Source of the DNA: a virus
Taxonomy: Duplodnaviria; Caudoviricetes
DNA length: 41,123 bases
Reading direction: 5' to 3' (one strand)
Virus record (IMG/VR): IMGVR_UViG_3300034073_002339
Coordinates: 1-41,123 of that record
Shown: piece after piece, positions 1-8,406 of the stretch
Position numbering within the stretch: position 1 is the first letter of the stretch
Layout of the letters: each line of letters begins with the position of its first letter
Program-made: the position numbers and the translations under genes
The notes under the pieces: generated by a model
What the model was told of the DNA's origin: nothing
Databases searched by the model: none
Seen by the model: only the letters and a program-made list of their open reading frames with translations

Positions 1-1
1 A

Positions 2-1621
2 ACGTTGCCAAGAATACCAGATGCTTTTAGAATATCTTTTGTTAATGAAGAAAAGTCTTATCAGCAAGATGAGCTAATTGTTTGCAACTTTGGTAAAACA
101 GATAGCACTGTTGAGCTAATAGAAGAACTAAATCTACCTGGTGTTACTAACAGTGCACAGGCTAAATACTTAGCCAGATTTCATTTTGCTCAGTTAAAAC
201 TGCGTCCTGAAACTTATACACTTAATGTTGATTTTGAATACTTAGTCTGTACGCGCGGAGACTTAGTGCGTGTATCACACGATGTTCCACTATGGGGTAG
301 TGGTACTGGTCGCATAAAAACATATAGCGGCACTAGTATTACACTAACAGACGAAGTATACCTAGAAAGCGCTAAAACTTATCAGATTCGTATACGTACT
401 AATAATATTACGCAAGTAGGTGGTACAGGATTTGTACTAAGAACATTGGTGCCAGTAGTTACAACAGGTTATTATACAAATATTACATTAACACAGGCAT
501 TAGTAGGTGGGGATGGTGTAGAGATAGATAACTTATACATGATAGGAGAAACTAATAAGGAAACGCAAGAATTAATAGTATTAGCGATTGAGCCCAGTAC
601 TAATTTAAGCGCAAGATTAACCTTAGTAGACTATTCTCCAAGTATATATTCATTAGATTTGTTAGATACTAATACAGATTTGCCAGCCTATTCAAGCAAT
701 ATAACTTTAACCAATAATTTAATTGTAAAGAATAGTATAACAAAATCACCAGTATTTGTACAAGCTATTAGCAATAGCGCTTTAAGCGAACAAGTATCAC
801 CAGGTAACTATCAAAATGTTACTATAGTTAGTTTTAGCAATCCTGATGATTTAAGCCTACAAGCACAGAAAGTACAATTAGAAATAATTAGTGCTAACGG
901 TAGTTTTGACAAAGTTGGTAATAATCAATTCTATGAAGTATTCAAAGAACAAAGCTCTATAACAATTACTGGCCTAATTAGTGGTCAAGTTTATAAAATT
1001 AGATTACGATATATAAACAGTATAGGAAGCATAGTTGGTCCTTGGAGCGATGAAAAGCTAATATCAGTAGAAGGTAAAAGCATAACATTATTAAAATCTC
1101 CAGAATTAACAGTAGATTTGAATAATCACTATGTAGTAGTATTACCCTCAACATCATTTACAAGTACTGGATCTAGTATAAGTGGTACTACACTAACTAT
1201 AGGTACTCTGTCTACTGGAACACCCAAAGTAGGCATGTTGCTTAGAGGAACAAATATATTACCTAATACTTATATAAAAAGTGGCAGCGGCACAAGTTGG
1301 CAAATAGATAAATCACAAACTGTAGCAAGTACTGCTATTGATGGGGTACTGAATAATACTGATCCAAGTTTTAAAGAGTATGAGTTTAGATTGTATAAAG
1401 ATACTGGATCTGGAGATTTTTGGGATTTAGATGTTACAACAAATAATATCAAAGTAGTTAAAAATACTTATGCCGGTGTGTTTAACTTAAAAGATTTTGC
1501 CAAACCTAGAATATCTACAAATGGTATTAACTATAGAATAGCGTGCAGAGCGGTAGATAAGAATGATAACTATAGTTCTACTAGTGTTACTGGATCAATA
1601 TTAATTACAACAATTAAGTAG
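2..1621 (+). CDS. Tail tip / central tail fibre protein (lambda J / T5 pb3-like), C-terminal part; 5'-truncated by window edge
   Basis: Frame is open from the window start. Segment LPGVTNSAQAKYLARFHFAQLKLRPETYTLNVDFEYLVCTRGDLVRVSH resembles the tip-attachment protein J domain. FN3-like segment ITITGLISGQVYKIRLRYINSIGSIVGPWS. Lies directly upstream of a tail fibre gene. Confidence 0.75.
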   Translation, partial: TLPRIPDAFRISFVNEEKSYQQDELIVCNFGKTDSTVELIEELNLPGVTNSAQAKYLARFHFAQLKLRPETYTLNVDFEYLVCTRGDLVRVSHDVPLWGSGTGRIKTYSGTSITLTDEVYLESAKTYQIRIRTNNITQVGGTGFVLRTLVPVVTTGYYTNITLTQALVGGDGVEIDNLYMIGETNKETQELIVLAIEPSTNLSARLTLVDYSPSIYSLDLLDTNTDLPAYSSNITLTNNLIVKNSITKSPVFVQAISNSALSEQVSPGNYQNVTIVSFSNPDDLSLQAQKVQLEIISANGSFDKVGNNQFYEVFKEQSSITITGLISGQVYKIRLRYINSIGSIVGPWSDEKLISVEGKSITLLKSPELTVDLNNHYVVVLPSTSFTSTGSSISGTTLTIGTLSTGTPKVGMLLRGTNILPNTYIKSGSGTSWQIDKSQTVASTAIDGVLNNTDPSFKEYEFRLYKDTGSGDFWDLDVTTNNIKVVKNTYAGVFNLKDFAKPRISTNGINYRIACRAVDKNDNYSSTSVTGSILITTIK

Positions 1622-1631
1622 GAATAGTTAT

Positions 1632-4238
1632 ATGGCAGCAAAGCTGACTTCTGGTATAAAGTCGTTAAATCTTATTATAGATACACCCTATGACAGTATT
1701 AGAACTACTGATATTAGAGATGATTTAATTGGCGTAAAAGTCTGGTATTCAACTACTAGTGGCTTTACGCCGCCTGCTCAAGGTACGTTAGCTTATGATG
1801 GTACAGGTCTTAATATAAATATTTCTGGACCTGTATCAGACGCTAGTCAAACTTTAGATGACAACACTACTTATTATGTAAAATACGCCTTAATAAGTAG
1901 TATTGATCCAGATACTTATGATCTGTCTACAGAACTATCTGCTACTACTTTGAGTACAGTAGCATTACTATCTCTAGAAACTACCGATTGGGCTTTTATA
2001 TTTCCAAACAAAGATGCAACTACAGCTACTAATCCAGCTAGCATAACTTTTACTGCAAAATTACAGAATGTTACAGGAACTCCAGTTTTTTCAGCAACAG
2101 CATATAATGCTAGTAATACTTCTTTAGGTGCTGTTACACTGACTGGAACAGGAAATACTAGAACTTTAACCTCTGCAAATTTTAATGCACTAGGAGCCAC
2201 AACAGTTAGGTATGTAAAAGTACAAGTAACACTAGGAACTCTTAGTGATACAATAACTATTTGGCGAGGCGATAATGGAAGTGATGCATTAACATTTATA
2301 CTTACTAATGAATCTCACACAGTTCCTGCAGCTAATGATGGAACTGTATCAAGTTATGCTGGAGCAGTTACTTACGGTGCAATTTTTCGTGGTATTGTAA
2401 ATGAAACATATCTGTGGACTATAACTAAATCTGATAGTACTGGGCTAACTACGACATTGACGCCTGCTACAATTGGTCAGAATAATATAACTGTTACAGC
2501 AACAAATATAACAAATGCTGTAGATAGTGCAGTGTGTACTATTACAGCTACTAGAACTGGTTACCCAACACTAACAAAAGATTTTTCACTTAGTAAGAGT
2601 AAGGCAGGAGCACAAGGAGCACAAGGTATACAGGGTACTGCAGGGGCCCCTGGTAATGATGGTCGCAGAACAGCAACAGGTCAAGTATACTATAGCTTAA
2701 CCAGTGCTAGTCAGCCCAGTGCACCAACAGCCACAAGTTTTACATTTAGTTCTGCAAGTTTCTCTAATTTAACTAGTAACTGGGCATTAGGTGCACCTAC
2801 TTTTGCTGCTGGAAATAGTAATAAATATTGGTATTCTACATATACTGTAGTAGAAAGCGCTGCTGGTACTGGATCAGGAACACCAACCTTTAGTTCTCCT
2901 ACTCAAGCTATAGGATTTAGTGGATTAGTAACCTTTACAAGTGGTACTCCCACTACAATTACTACTGATGGTAATACAACTTTTGATTATACGTCTATAG
3001 ATGGCGGAGCAATAAAAACAGGCTCTATTAGTTCTCAAAACCATACTGGAACTGGAGATGGTAGTAATTATGCTACAACTGGTACAAAAATAAATTTAAG
3101 TAATGGAACTATTAGTACTCCAGGTTTATATTTAAATAGTACTGGTAATGTAGGAATCAAAGGAAGTTTAGTAACAGCTACTACTGGCAGACGGATAGAA
3201 TTTAATGTAGCTGATAGTAATAAAATAAGATTCTATAATGCTAGCAATACTAGCTTAGGACATATTGGTGGTACTGGCGAACAATTAGATAAATTATTAA
3301 ATTTACAAGCTCAATTTATAGGCACGCAGGGACACACTGCTTATTTAGCATCACCAGGGCCGGGCTCTGTAAATTTAAATACAGGAAGTTATACAGCATC
3401 AGCATTAGCTTTTCAAGATTTTAATGCCATATGGGCTGGTGCATTAGCCGAATGGAGTAATAGTGGAACCAGCTTAACTGGTGTAGCAGTAGGAGGCTAC
3501 GTTGTTCCTAGTACCGGTACTGATAAACTAGGTGCACTAGGTTATAGAGACGACGGTTTGGGAATAACTGCAGCAGGTAGATTTTGGAATTCTACTGTAC
3601 AACAGCATGTAACAATATGTGATAATAGTGATTTTGCTATTAACATACGTAGTGGTCAATTACGATATGGTAGTGTTACAATTGGTATTCCAGACGGTAG
3701 TACCGATAAATATTTAAAGGCTGATGGAACTTGGGCTACCGTTACAGCTGGTGTTAGTAAGATTATTGCCGGAACAGGAGTAAGCATAAGTCCTACCGCT
3801 GGAGTAGGTGACGTAACAATTAATGCCAGTGGTAGCAGTTTACCTAGTGGTGGTACAACAGCATACTTTTTACGTGGCGATGGAACTTGGTCAAATACTC
3901 TACAAGGTAACTTAATAGTAACTGGAGAAGTTACAGCATATTCTGGTTCAGATGCAAACTTGAAACAGAATATTAAAACAATAGTTAATCCACTAGACAA
4001 ATTATTAAAATTAGGTGGATATGATTTTACCTGGAAACAAGACTATTTAAATACTTTAGCTATTCCAAATAATTATGCTAAACAAGATGACGTTGGTATA
4101 ATTGCACAAGAAGTGCAAGCTATACTACCCCAAGCCGTAGTAACTAGAGATGATGGAACACTTGCCGTAAACTATAGTAAATTAATTCCATTAATTATTG
4201 AAGCTATTAAAGAATTGCATAAAAAGGTAGTAAAATGA
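1632..4238 (+). CDS. Tail fibre protein with C-terminal intramolecular chaperone (peptidase S74) domain
   Basis: Thr/Ser/Gly-rich beta segments and a short collagen-like stretch GAQGAQGIQGTAGAPGNDG. C-terminal SDANLKQNI...FTWK...GIIAQEV...VNYSKLIPLIIEAIKEL matches the S74 pattern with the Ser-Lys dyad. Confidence 0.88.
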   Translation: MAAKLTSGIKSLNLIIDTPYDSIRTTDIRDDLIGVKVWYSTTSGFTPPAQGTLAYDGTGLNINISGPVSDASQTLDDNTTYYVKYALISSIDPDTYDLSTELSATTLSTVALLSLETTDWAFIFPNKDATTATNPASITFTAKLQNVTGTPVFSATAYNASNTSLGAVTLTGTGNTRTLTSANFNALGATTVRYVKVQVTLGTLSDTITIWRGDNGSDALTFILTNESHTVPAANDGTVSSYAGAVTYGAIFRGIVNETYLWTITKSDSTGLTTTLTPATIGQNNITVTATNITNAVDSAVCTITATRTGYPTLTKDFSLSKSKAGAQGAQGIQGTAGAPGNDGRRTATGQVYYSLTSASQPSAPTATSFTFSSASFSNLTSNWALGAPTFAAGNSNKYWYSTYTVVESAAGTGSGTPTFSSPTQAIGFSGLVTFTSGTPTTITTDGNTTFDYTSIDGGAIKTGSISSQNHTGTGDGSNYATTGTKINLSNGTISTPGLYLNSTGNVGIKGSLVTATTGRRIEFNVADSNKIRFYNASNTSLGHIGGTGEQLDKLLNLQAQFIGTQGHTAYLASPGPGSVNLNTGSYTASALAFQDFNAIWAGALAEWSNSGTSLTGVAVGGYVVPSTGTDKLGALGYRDDGLGITAAGRFWNSTVQQHVTICDNSDFAINIRSGQLRYGSVTIGIPDGSTDKYLKADGTWATVTAGVSKIIAGTGVSISPTAGVGDVTINASGSSLPSGGTTAYFLRGDGTWSNTLQGNLIVTGEVTAYSGSDANLKQNIKTIVNPLDKLLKLGGYDFTWKQDYLNTLAIPNNYAKQDDVGIIAQEVQAILPQAVVTRDDGTLAVNYSKLIPLIIEAIKELHKKVVK

Positions 4239-6565
4239 GTAATGATCTTAAGATTTATATAGTTACTCTAAAGGATAAACAAGATTTAGACGAATTTTAT
4301 CATGATATGGAAACTACTGGTGGACCACAGCACGTACCGCTTAGACCAGTAGAACTAAGTGCTAGACGTCCTTATAGTAGAAACACTCACTATAAATTAA
4401 CTAGCGATGAGGCAGAACTATTAAAACAAGATCCAAGAGTTTTAAATGTAGAATTATTAAGACATATACAAACAGGACCCTCAACCGCTAGAACTGGTGA
4501 AATCTTTTCTACACTAAACAGCCAAAAGCATCAAAGTTGGCATCTTGCCAGACAAACTAATCAAAATTATGTTAGTAGTTATACTAATGGTAATACTAGT
4601 AGATACGCATCTATTTTTGCTAAACTGGCTTCTAGTACAGACCGCAGAGGAAAAGACATAGATGTATTAATCTGGGATGGCCATATTCAACAAGATCATC
4701 CAGAATGGCTCAACTATTTAGGCAATTCTAGACTAGCAAACTATAACTGGTTTCAGCATAATGCACAAGTAGCTGGAACAACTTACTATGCCAGCGACTA
4801 TAATTATAGTCGCTGGGCTGGTACTGATGACTATCATGCTACATCTTGTGCTAGTATAGCTGCCGGTCGTAGACATGGCTGGGCACCAGAAGCAAATATT
4901 TATAATATTGCTGCTCCTTATATTTATACAGCTAATTGGTTTTGGGATGGTAGTCAGTGGACTAGATACATGCCTTGGTGGCAGTGCGTAGATTATATAC
5001 AAGCCTGGATAGTAAATAAACCCGCTAATCCTAGTTATGGAGATAAAAATCCTACGATTATTAACATGAGTTGGAATTATTTTCCATGGGGCATAGATAC
5101 AGGAATACCTACTAGTACTACATTGACTAGCAGTACTTTAGCTACTTTTCCAATATCACAGGCTATTATTAATAGTAGTGTAAGTACTGGATTTAGCGGT
5201 GGTTATAGACCATTACCGCTATATTATCAATTAAATGGATATGGACAAAGTTGGATAGACGGTGCTAGAATAAGTATAGGTACTCTATTAAATACCTATA
5301 ATTTATTTTTATATAAGGCTGACCAGACTTATGGTGGGCCCAGTAACTGGGCACTTATGGTACCATCCTATAATGTTGCTATTGCTGCAGATTTTGTTGA
5401 CTTAGCAGATGATTATAGCGTAGTTATAATTGGATCGGCAGGAAATGCTAATACTTATTCAATAAACTATAGTTATGATAGTGTTAGATATAATCAGCAT
5501 TTTCAGAGTGGTGCTAATGTTTGGTATTATGGATCGGGCGATACAACTACTAACTATGCGATTACTACGCATCGTGGCCCTCAGCCAGCTGGATCACAAC
5601 AAGAAACTCTTGGAGCAGGATATTGGGATGTAACATCCAGTAGTGGTGCAGGACCAATTTGTGTTGGCGCTATTAGTGAAACAGACTATTTAAGCTGGTA
5701 TACTAATAAAGGTCCACGTATAGATGTATGGGCCCCTGGTGATAATATACTTTGTGCTAACGAGTATAGTGGAAACGGACCTTACTATGATAGTCCTAGT
5801 CACGGACAAGGACTTTTCAGTGGCACAAGTGCAGCTTGTCCAAGTGTGGCTGGTATAGCAGCATTATGGGCAGAGGAACGCAGAGCTAATAGTGGTACTA
5901 GTGCAGTTAGTACAGCTGCTTTTAGATTAGCTATACAAAATGGAACAGTTAGTGTTAGTAATCAAATAATTTCAACAGGTAGTTTTACTGATCTAGGAAA
6001 TATAAGCGACAGTCCTAATAGAATAGCCATACCATCTACAAGCAGTTCTTTTAAAACTGTAGTTAATCCTAATATAGTTACTGCTACAGAGATACAGCAA
6101 GAATTTGGTGGTAGCGCTCCAATAAATTTATCAGAATACTATCGTGGTGGCAGTTATGTACCTAGTTCATCTACTAATATTCCCACAAGTGGTAGTATTA
6201 ATTATGGCATGTTTAAGTGTGAGAGTAAATCTACAGTTGCAGATTCTATTTTTGATTTAATAAGTGTTGATGTATCTAGCTCATATGTAGGACAACCTTA
6301 TACTATTACAGTTAGATCAAATATAGCTGCTCCACAAAATATTGCTTTAAATATTTTATTTGAAAATATTGTATTACCAGATACTTCAGTAGGTAGTATA
6401 GCATATGGTGGATTATTTACACTATCAAGCGGTACAAGAATAGCTACTTATACCGCTACAACCCCAGCAAATCAAGGTACTAGAACTGTTACTGTTACAC
6501 TAACCGCAGTTAGAGGCACAGCACTATTAACAAAAAGAAGTAGTTTATGGCAAATTAATGCTTAA
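4235..6565 (+). CDS. Subtilisin-family (S8) serine protease, probably virion-associated
   Basis: Prodomain-like N-terminus (YIVTLK...EAELLKQDPRVLNVE). Catalytic motifs: Asp DVLIWDG, His YHATSCASIAAG, oxyanion Asn SAGN, DVWAPG, Ser FSGTSAACPSVAG. Start overlaps the fibre gene stop (ATGA). Confidence 0.85.
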   Translation: MSNDLKIYIVTLKDKQDLDEFYHDMETTGGPQHVPLRPVELSARRPYSRNTHYKLTSDEAELLKQDPRVLNVELLRHIQTGPSTARTGEIFSTLNSQKHQSWHLARQTNQNYVSSYTNGNTSRYASIFAKLASSTDRRGKDIDVLIWDGHIQQDHPEWLNYLGNSRLANYNWFQHNAQVAGTTYYASDYNYSRWAGTDDYHATSCASIAAGRRHGWAPEANIYNIAAPYIYTANWFWDGSQWTRYMPWWQCVDYIQAWIVNKPANPSYGDKNPTIINMSWNYFPWGIDTGIPTSTTLTSSTLATFPISQAIINSSVSTGFSGGYRPLPLYYQLNGYGQSWIDGARISIGTLLNTYNLFLYKADQTYGGPSNWALMVPSYNVAIAADFVDLADDYSVVIIGSAGNANTYSINYSYDSVRYNQHFQSGANVWYYGSGDTTTNYAITTHRGPQPAGSQQETLGAGYWDVTSSSGAGPICVGAISETDYLSWYTNKGPRIDVWAPGDNILCANEYSGNGPYYDSPSHGQGLFSGTSAACPSVAGIAALWAEERRANSGTSAVSTAAFRLAIQNGTVSVSNQIISTGSFTDLGNISDSPNRIAIPSTSSSFKTVVNPNIVTATEIQQEFGGSAPINLSEYYRGGSYVPSSSTNIPTSGSINYGMFKCESKSTVADSIFDLISVDVSSSYVGQPYTITVRSNIAAPQNIALNILFENIVLPDTSVGSIAYGGLFTLSSGTRIATYTATTPANQGTRTVTVTLTAVRGTALLTKRSSLWQINA

Positions 6566-6576
6566 AGGTATTATTT

Positions 6577-6909
6577 ATGTGGAAAATAATAAAAACAATG
6601 GGCATACCAGACCCAGAAAATCCTGATAGTTCTATACTAGTAACAAATATTCATTGGGTTTTAGAAATGGTGGTTGGTAGCGATACTTATAAAGCTGAAG
6701 GCTTTTATTCTGTAGAACCAGGTAAATTAAAAATTACCAAAGATCAATTAATGTATAATACCGAAAGTATATTAGATTGGTTATTATCGCAAAAAGTAAA
6801 TGACACACAAACTTTTAAAGAATATAATGAAATAAAAGTATTAGAAACCACACCATTACGAAATCCAGAAATGGATACACCACCACCTATACCACAACCT
6901 AGTACTTAA
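6577..6909 (+). CDS. Hypothetical protein, probably tail-fibre associated
   Basis: 110-aa ORF with AAGG RBS. The WKI...VTNIHW...ILDWL pattern recalls small proteins that follow phage fibre genes. Confidence 0.6.
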   Translation: MWKIIKTMGIPDPENPDSSILVTNIHWVLEMVVGSDTYKAEGFYSVEPGKLKITKDQLMYNTESILDWLLSQKVNDTQTFKEYNEIKVLETTPLRNPEMDTPPPIPQPST

Positions 6910-6917
6910 TTGATGAA

Positions 6918-6999
6918 TTTAGATCGACGAAACTACCCCCGGCTGTGCGAACGATGTGACTGAACCAACACGGAAACCGCAGTCGATACGAAACCTAAA
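6918..6999. ncRNA. Candidate structured non-coding element, family unknown
   Basis: Intergenic. 42/80 nt are G+C in 6921-7000, against AT-rich flanks. Nested inverted repeats TTTAG(6918-6922)/CTAAA(6995-6999) and ATCGAC(6923-6928)/GTCGAT(6982-6987). Internal CGG-AAA-CCG hairpin. Immediately upstream of a terminator. Confidence 0.35.
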
Positions 7000-7017
7000 G
7001 CTGTAAAGTTGCTTATG

Positions 7018-7055
7018 ATGCCCTGCTCATTAACGGTTTGAGCAGGGCATTTTTT
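7018..7055 (+). terminator. Rho-independent terminator
   Basis: Perfect 12-bp stem ATGCCCTGCTCA / TGAGCAGGGCAT with a 9-nt loop, followed by a T run. Confidence 0.9.
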
Positions 7056-7059
7056 ATAG

Positions 7060-7088
7060 TTGAAAACTTTTTGCTGTTGTGTTATAAT
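7060..7088 (+). promoter_or_regulatory. Sigma70-type promoter with extended -10
   Basis: TTGAAA (7060-7065), 17-nt spacer ending in TGT, TATAAT (7083-7088). Directly after the terminator and upstream of the fibre array. Confidence 0.8.
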
Positions 7089-7213
7089 ATACAAGAATAA
7101 TAAAGGTTTTAAATATTTTTACTTGACAAAAAAGTCGTGCCAGAAAAACCTATTGGCAGCCTGACTTAAATTTATTATATTTATATATGCTGCTAATAGG
7201 GAGAAAGCCTAGA

Positions 7214-7558
7214 ATGGAAGCAATTCAAAACCAGGGCTTAGTGCAAACACTTTCAGTAGCTGCAATGGCTATAATTGCGCTAGGCGTAGGTATACAAAAA
7301 TTAGTAAAAGAATGGCGTAGTACAGACGCAGAAACTAGTGTCATTGAAATGATGCACAAGGAATTGGAGCGTATGGGTACACAAAATGCTAAGCTAACTG
7401 AAGAACTAACTAAGTTACAAAATGAGATTGTTGAGTTGAATAATCAATTAACCAAATTAAGTATTGATAATAATAAACTACAGCAAGAAGTTAGCGCACT
7501 AACTGTAGAGCTTAATAGTTTCAAAAAGTTGGCTGCTCTTAGAAAGGTAAAGGTATAA
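7214..7558 (+). CDS. Membrane-anchored coiled-coil protein (possible holin-like or envelope protein)
   Basis: ATG at 7214 follows an AGGGAG RBS (ORF track start 7187). One hydrophobic segment LSVAAMAIIALGVGI, then leucine heptads. Confidence 0.65.
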   Translation: MEAIQNQGLVQTLSVAAMAIIALGVGIQKLVKEWRSTDAETSVIEMMHKELERMGTQNAKLTEELTKLQNEIVELNNQLTKLSIDNNKLQQEVSALTVELNSFKKLAALRKVKV

Positions 7559-7559
7559 T

Positions 7560-8159
7560 ATGCAACCTGCCAAACTTAATTATAAAATCTATGAAGGCAG
7601 CACCTTTCAAGAAACTTTTAGATGGGAAAGTCAAACTAAAAGTTATGCACAAATTAGTGCCATTAGTAAAGCTGCACCTTGTGTAATTACTACAAGTAGT
7701 GTACATAGTTGTCCTGTTAATTGGCGCGTGCGAGTAACAGGCGTTGGTGGTATGAAAGAAATTAATACGGTTGGGGACGATCAGTACTATTTAGTAACAG
7801 CTAAAACTAGTAATACTGTAACGTTAAATCAAATAAATAGTGCAAACTATACCACATACACTAGCGGTGGAATACTAGAGTGGAACACTCCTATAGATTT
7901 AACTGGCTATACTGCACAAATGCAAATACGCGAAACGTTAGATAGCACTAATTTTATTCATGAGTTAACTAGTGCATCTGGTGGCGGCATAAGTATTGAC
8001 ACTACTGATTACACCATTACAATAAATATTCCAGCAAATGTTACCAGAAATTTTGATTTTGCTACTGCTGTGTACTCACTAGAGCTTACTAATTCAAGCG
8101 GAGCAGTAACTACATTTGTTACAGGAAATCTTACTTTAGTCAAGGAGATTACCCGATGA
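7560..8159 (+). CDS. Tail collar / fibre attachment protein (T5 p132 / BppU-N-like) with inserted FCCH-like domain
   Basis: IYEGSTF...W, PIDLTGYTAQMQIRE, AVYSLEL and GNLTLVKEITR motifs. Insert ISAISKAAPCVIT...VRVTGVGGMKEIN. Confidence 0.6.
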   Translation: MQPAKLNYKIYEGSTFQETFRWESQTKSYAQISAISKAAPCVITTSSVHSCPVNWRVRVTGVGGMKEINTVGDDQYYLVTAKTSNTVTLNQINSANYTTYTSGGILEWNTPIDLTGYTAQMQIRETLDSTNFIHELTSASGGGISIDTTDYTITINIPANVTRNFDFATAVYSLELTNSSGAVTTFVTGNLTLVKEITR

Positions 8160-8395
8160 GTACTCAGGCTATTGTAACAGAAAAAAATAATACTGTTATA
8201 ATTGAAAATAAACAACCACAAGTTATTGTGGCCGGTATGATTGGTCCACAAGGCGTAACTACCTTACAAGGTTTAACAAATATAGATATTACTAATCTGC
8301 AAAACGGTAGCTTACTAGTATATAATACATCAACCCAAAAATGGGCCGCTAACAATCTATTAGACCAACAAATTATTGAATCAGGTCAATATTAA
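8156..8395 (+). CDS. Small tail-fibre-associated structural protein
   Basis: GPQG followed by LTNIDIT...NGSLLVYN...KW, a repeat type common in phage fibres. ATGA overlap with the upstream gene. Confidence 0.6.
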   Translation: MSTQAIVTEKNNTVIIENKQPQVIVAGMIGPQGVTTLQGLTNIDITNLQNGSLLVYNTSTQKWAANNLLDQQIIESGQY

Positions 8396-8406
8396 AGGAA
8401 TAAATC

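Noticed and set aside
6931-6945. AACTACCCCCGGCTG resembles, from memory, the end hairpin of IS200/IS605 (IscB omega-RNA) elements
   Set aside because: The complementary GCCGGGGG arm is missing and there is no IscB, TnpB or TnpA gene in the window.
6913-6963. 16-aa ORF MNLDRRNYPRLCERCD with possible TGA readthrough
   Set aside because: No RBS, atypical codon usage and no support for recoding.
6960-7000. DGR template repeat (minus strand reads GGTTTCCGTGTT, GFRV)
   Set aside because: No reverse transcriptase in the window and no matching variable repeat with adenine-specific mismatches found by eye.
6910-7012. Hammerhead ribozyme (TGATGA ... GAAAC words)
   Set aside because: The core reads TTGATGA rather than CTGATGA, and stems I, II and III cannot be formed with the required closing pairs.
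7123-7151. Perfect TTGACA -35 hexamer
   Set aside because: No -10 element at 16-18 nt spacing; the promoter at 7060-7088 is much better.
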